The notes below the pieces were generated by a model. That model did not search any database. It saw only the letters and a list, made by a program, of their open reading frames with translations, and was not told the origin of the DNA. 5,090 nucleotides of DNA from an uncultured archaeon (GTDB lineage Archaea > Iainarchaeota > Iainarchaeia > Iainarchaeales > 0-14-0-20-30-16), in NCBI GenBank assembly GCA_964565125.1, contig CAZMCX010000059.1:1-5090 (forward strand), in the 5' to 3' direction. The translations under genes were made by a program, and so were the position numbers. Positions 4,970 to 5,090 of this stretch are shown piece after piece (position 1 is the first letter of the stretch; every line of letters starts with the position of its first letter).

Positions 4970-5053
4970 GCTGGGGTACCGAAGCGGTCAAACGGGACAG
5001 ACTCAAGATCTGTTGGCTTAGTGCCTTCGCAGGTTCAAGTCCTGCCTCCAGCA
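4970..5053 (+). tRNA. tRNA-Leu (anticodon CAA), class II, no encoded CCA
   Basis: Manual fold: GCTGGGG-TA-CCG-AAGCGGTCAAA-CGG-G-ACAGA-CTCAAGA-TCTGT-TGGCTTAGTGCCTTC-GCAGG-TTCAAGT-CCTGC-CTCCAGC-A. The 7-bp acceptor stem has one G:U pair. It has a long variable arm (GGC/GCC stem) and an A73 discriminator, typical of tRNA-Leu. Confidence 0.9.
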
Positions 5054-5060
5054 CTCTAAC

Positions 5061-5084
5061 CTTTTCTTTTTAAAAAAAGAAAAG
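5061..5084 (+). terminator. T-tract plus perfect 11-bp hairpin downstream of tRNA-Leu
   Basis: CTTTTCTTTTT (5061-5071) and AAAAAGAAAAG (5074-5084) are exact reverse complements separated by 2 nt. The T-tract starts 8 nt after the tRNA 3' end. Confidence 0.5.
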
Positions 5085-5090
5085 CTACAG

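Noticed and set aside
4781-5053. tRNA genes as the boundary of an integrated mobile element or genomic island
   Set aside because: The window has no integrase, transposase or direct repeat of a tRNA 3' segment. The only shared string I saw is a 9-nt CAGGTTCAA inside mre11 near 4242-4250, which is consistent with chance. The window ends 37 nt after tRNA-Leu, so an element beginning downstream cannot be excluded.
1-5090. CRISPR arrays, rRNA, IS elements or long repeats anywhere in the window
   Set aside because: I saw no regularly spaced direct repeats, no rRNA-like conserved blocks and no terminal inverted repeats flanking an ORF. The only repeats found are short promoter-region or low-complexity AT repeats.

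Overview
AT-rich window (about one-third GC by eye) that looks archaeal. TATA-like boxes sit about 25-30 nt upstream of start codons and tRNA 5' ends, terminators are oligo-T tracts, the Mre11 is archaeal-type, and neither class II tRNA encodes CCA. A small-genome lineage such as DPANN, or an AT-rich methanogen, is plausible but cannot be shown from this window. Order of features: (1) nt 1-1833, five co-oriented, tightly packed genes for small polytopic membrane proteins (about 81-134 aa) with no family I recognise, two of them with low-complexity tails; (2) a GNAT-like acetyltransferase on the minus strand; (3) transcribed divergently from it, a ribbon-helix-helix VapB-like antitoxin gene whose stop overlaps (TAATG) a 34-codon stub encoding only the N-terminus of a PIN/VapC toxin; (4) a divergent ribose-5-phosphate isomerase A (RpiA)-like gene, then 6 nt later an Mre11-type nuclease gene with no Rad50 gene after it; (5) divergent tRNA-Ser(CGA) and tRNA-Leu(CAA) genes. 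There are no CRISPR arrays, rRNA, transposases or integrases. I cannot show a clearly novel system. The best candidates for follow-up are the uncharacterised membrane-protein operon, the degraded VapBC locus, and the RpiA-like/Mre11-like gene pair with altered conserved motifs. All homology calls are by-eye comparisons with family motifs from memory; no searches were run.
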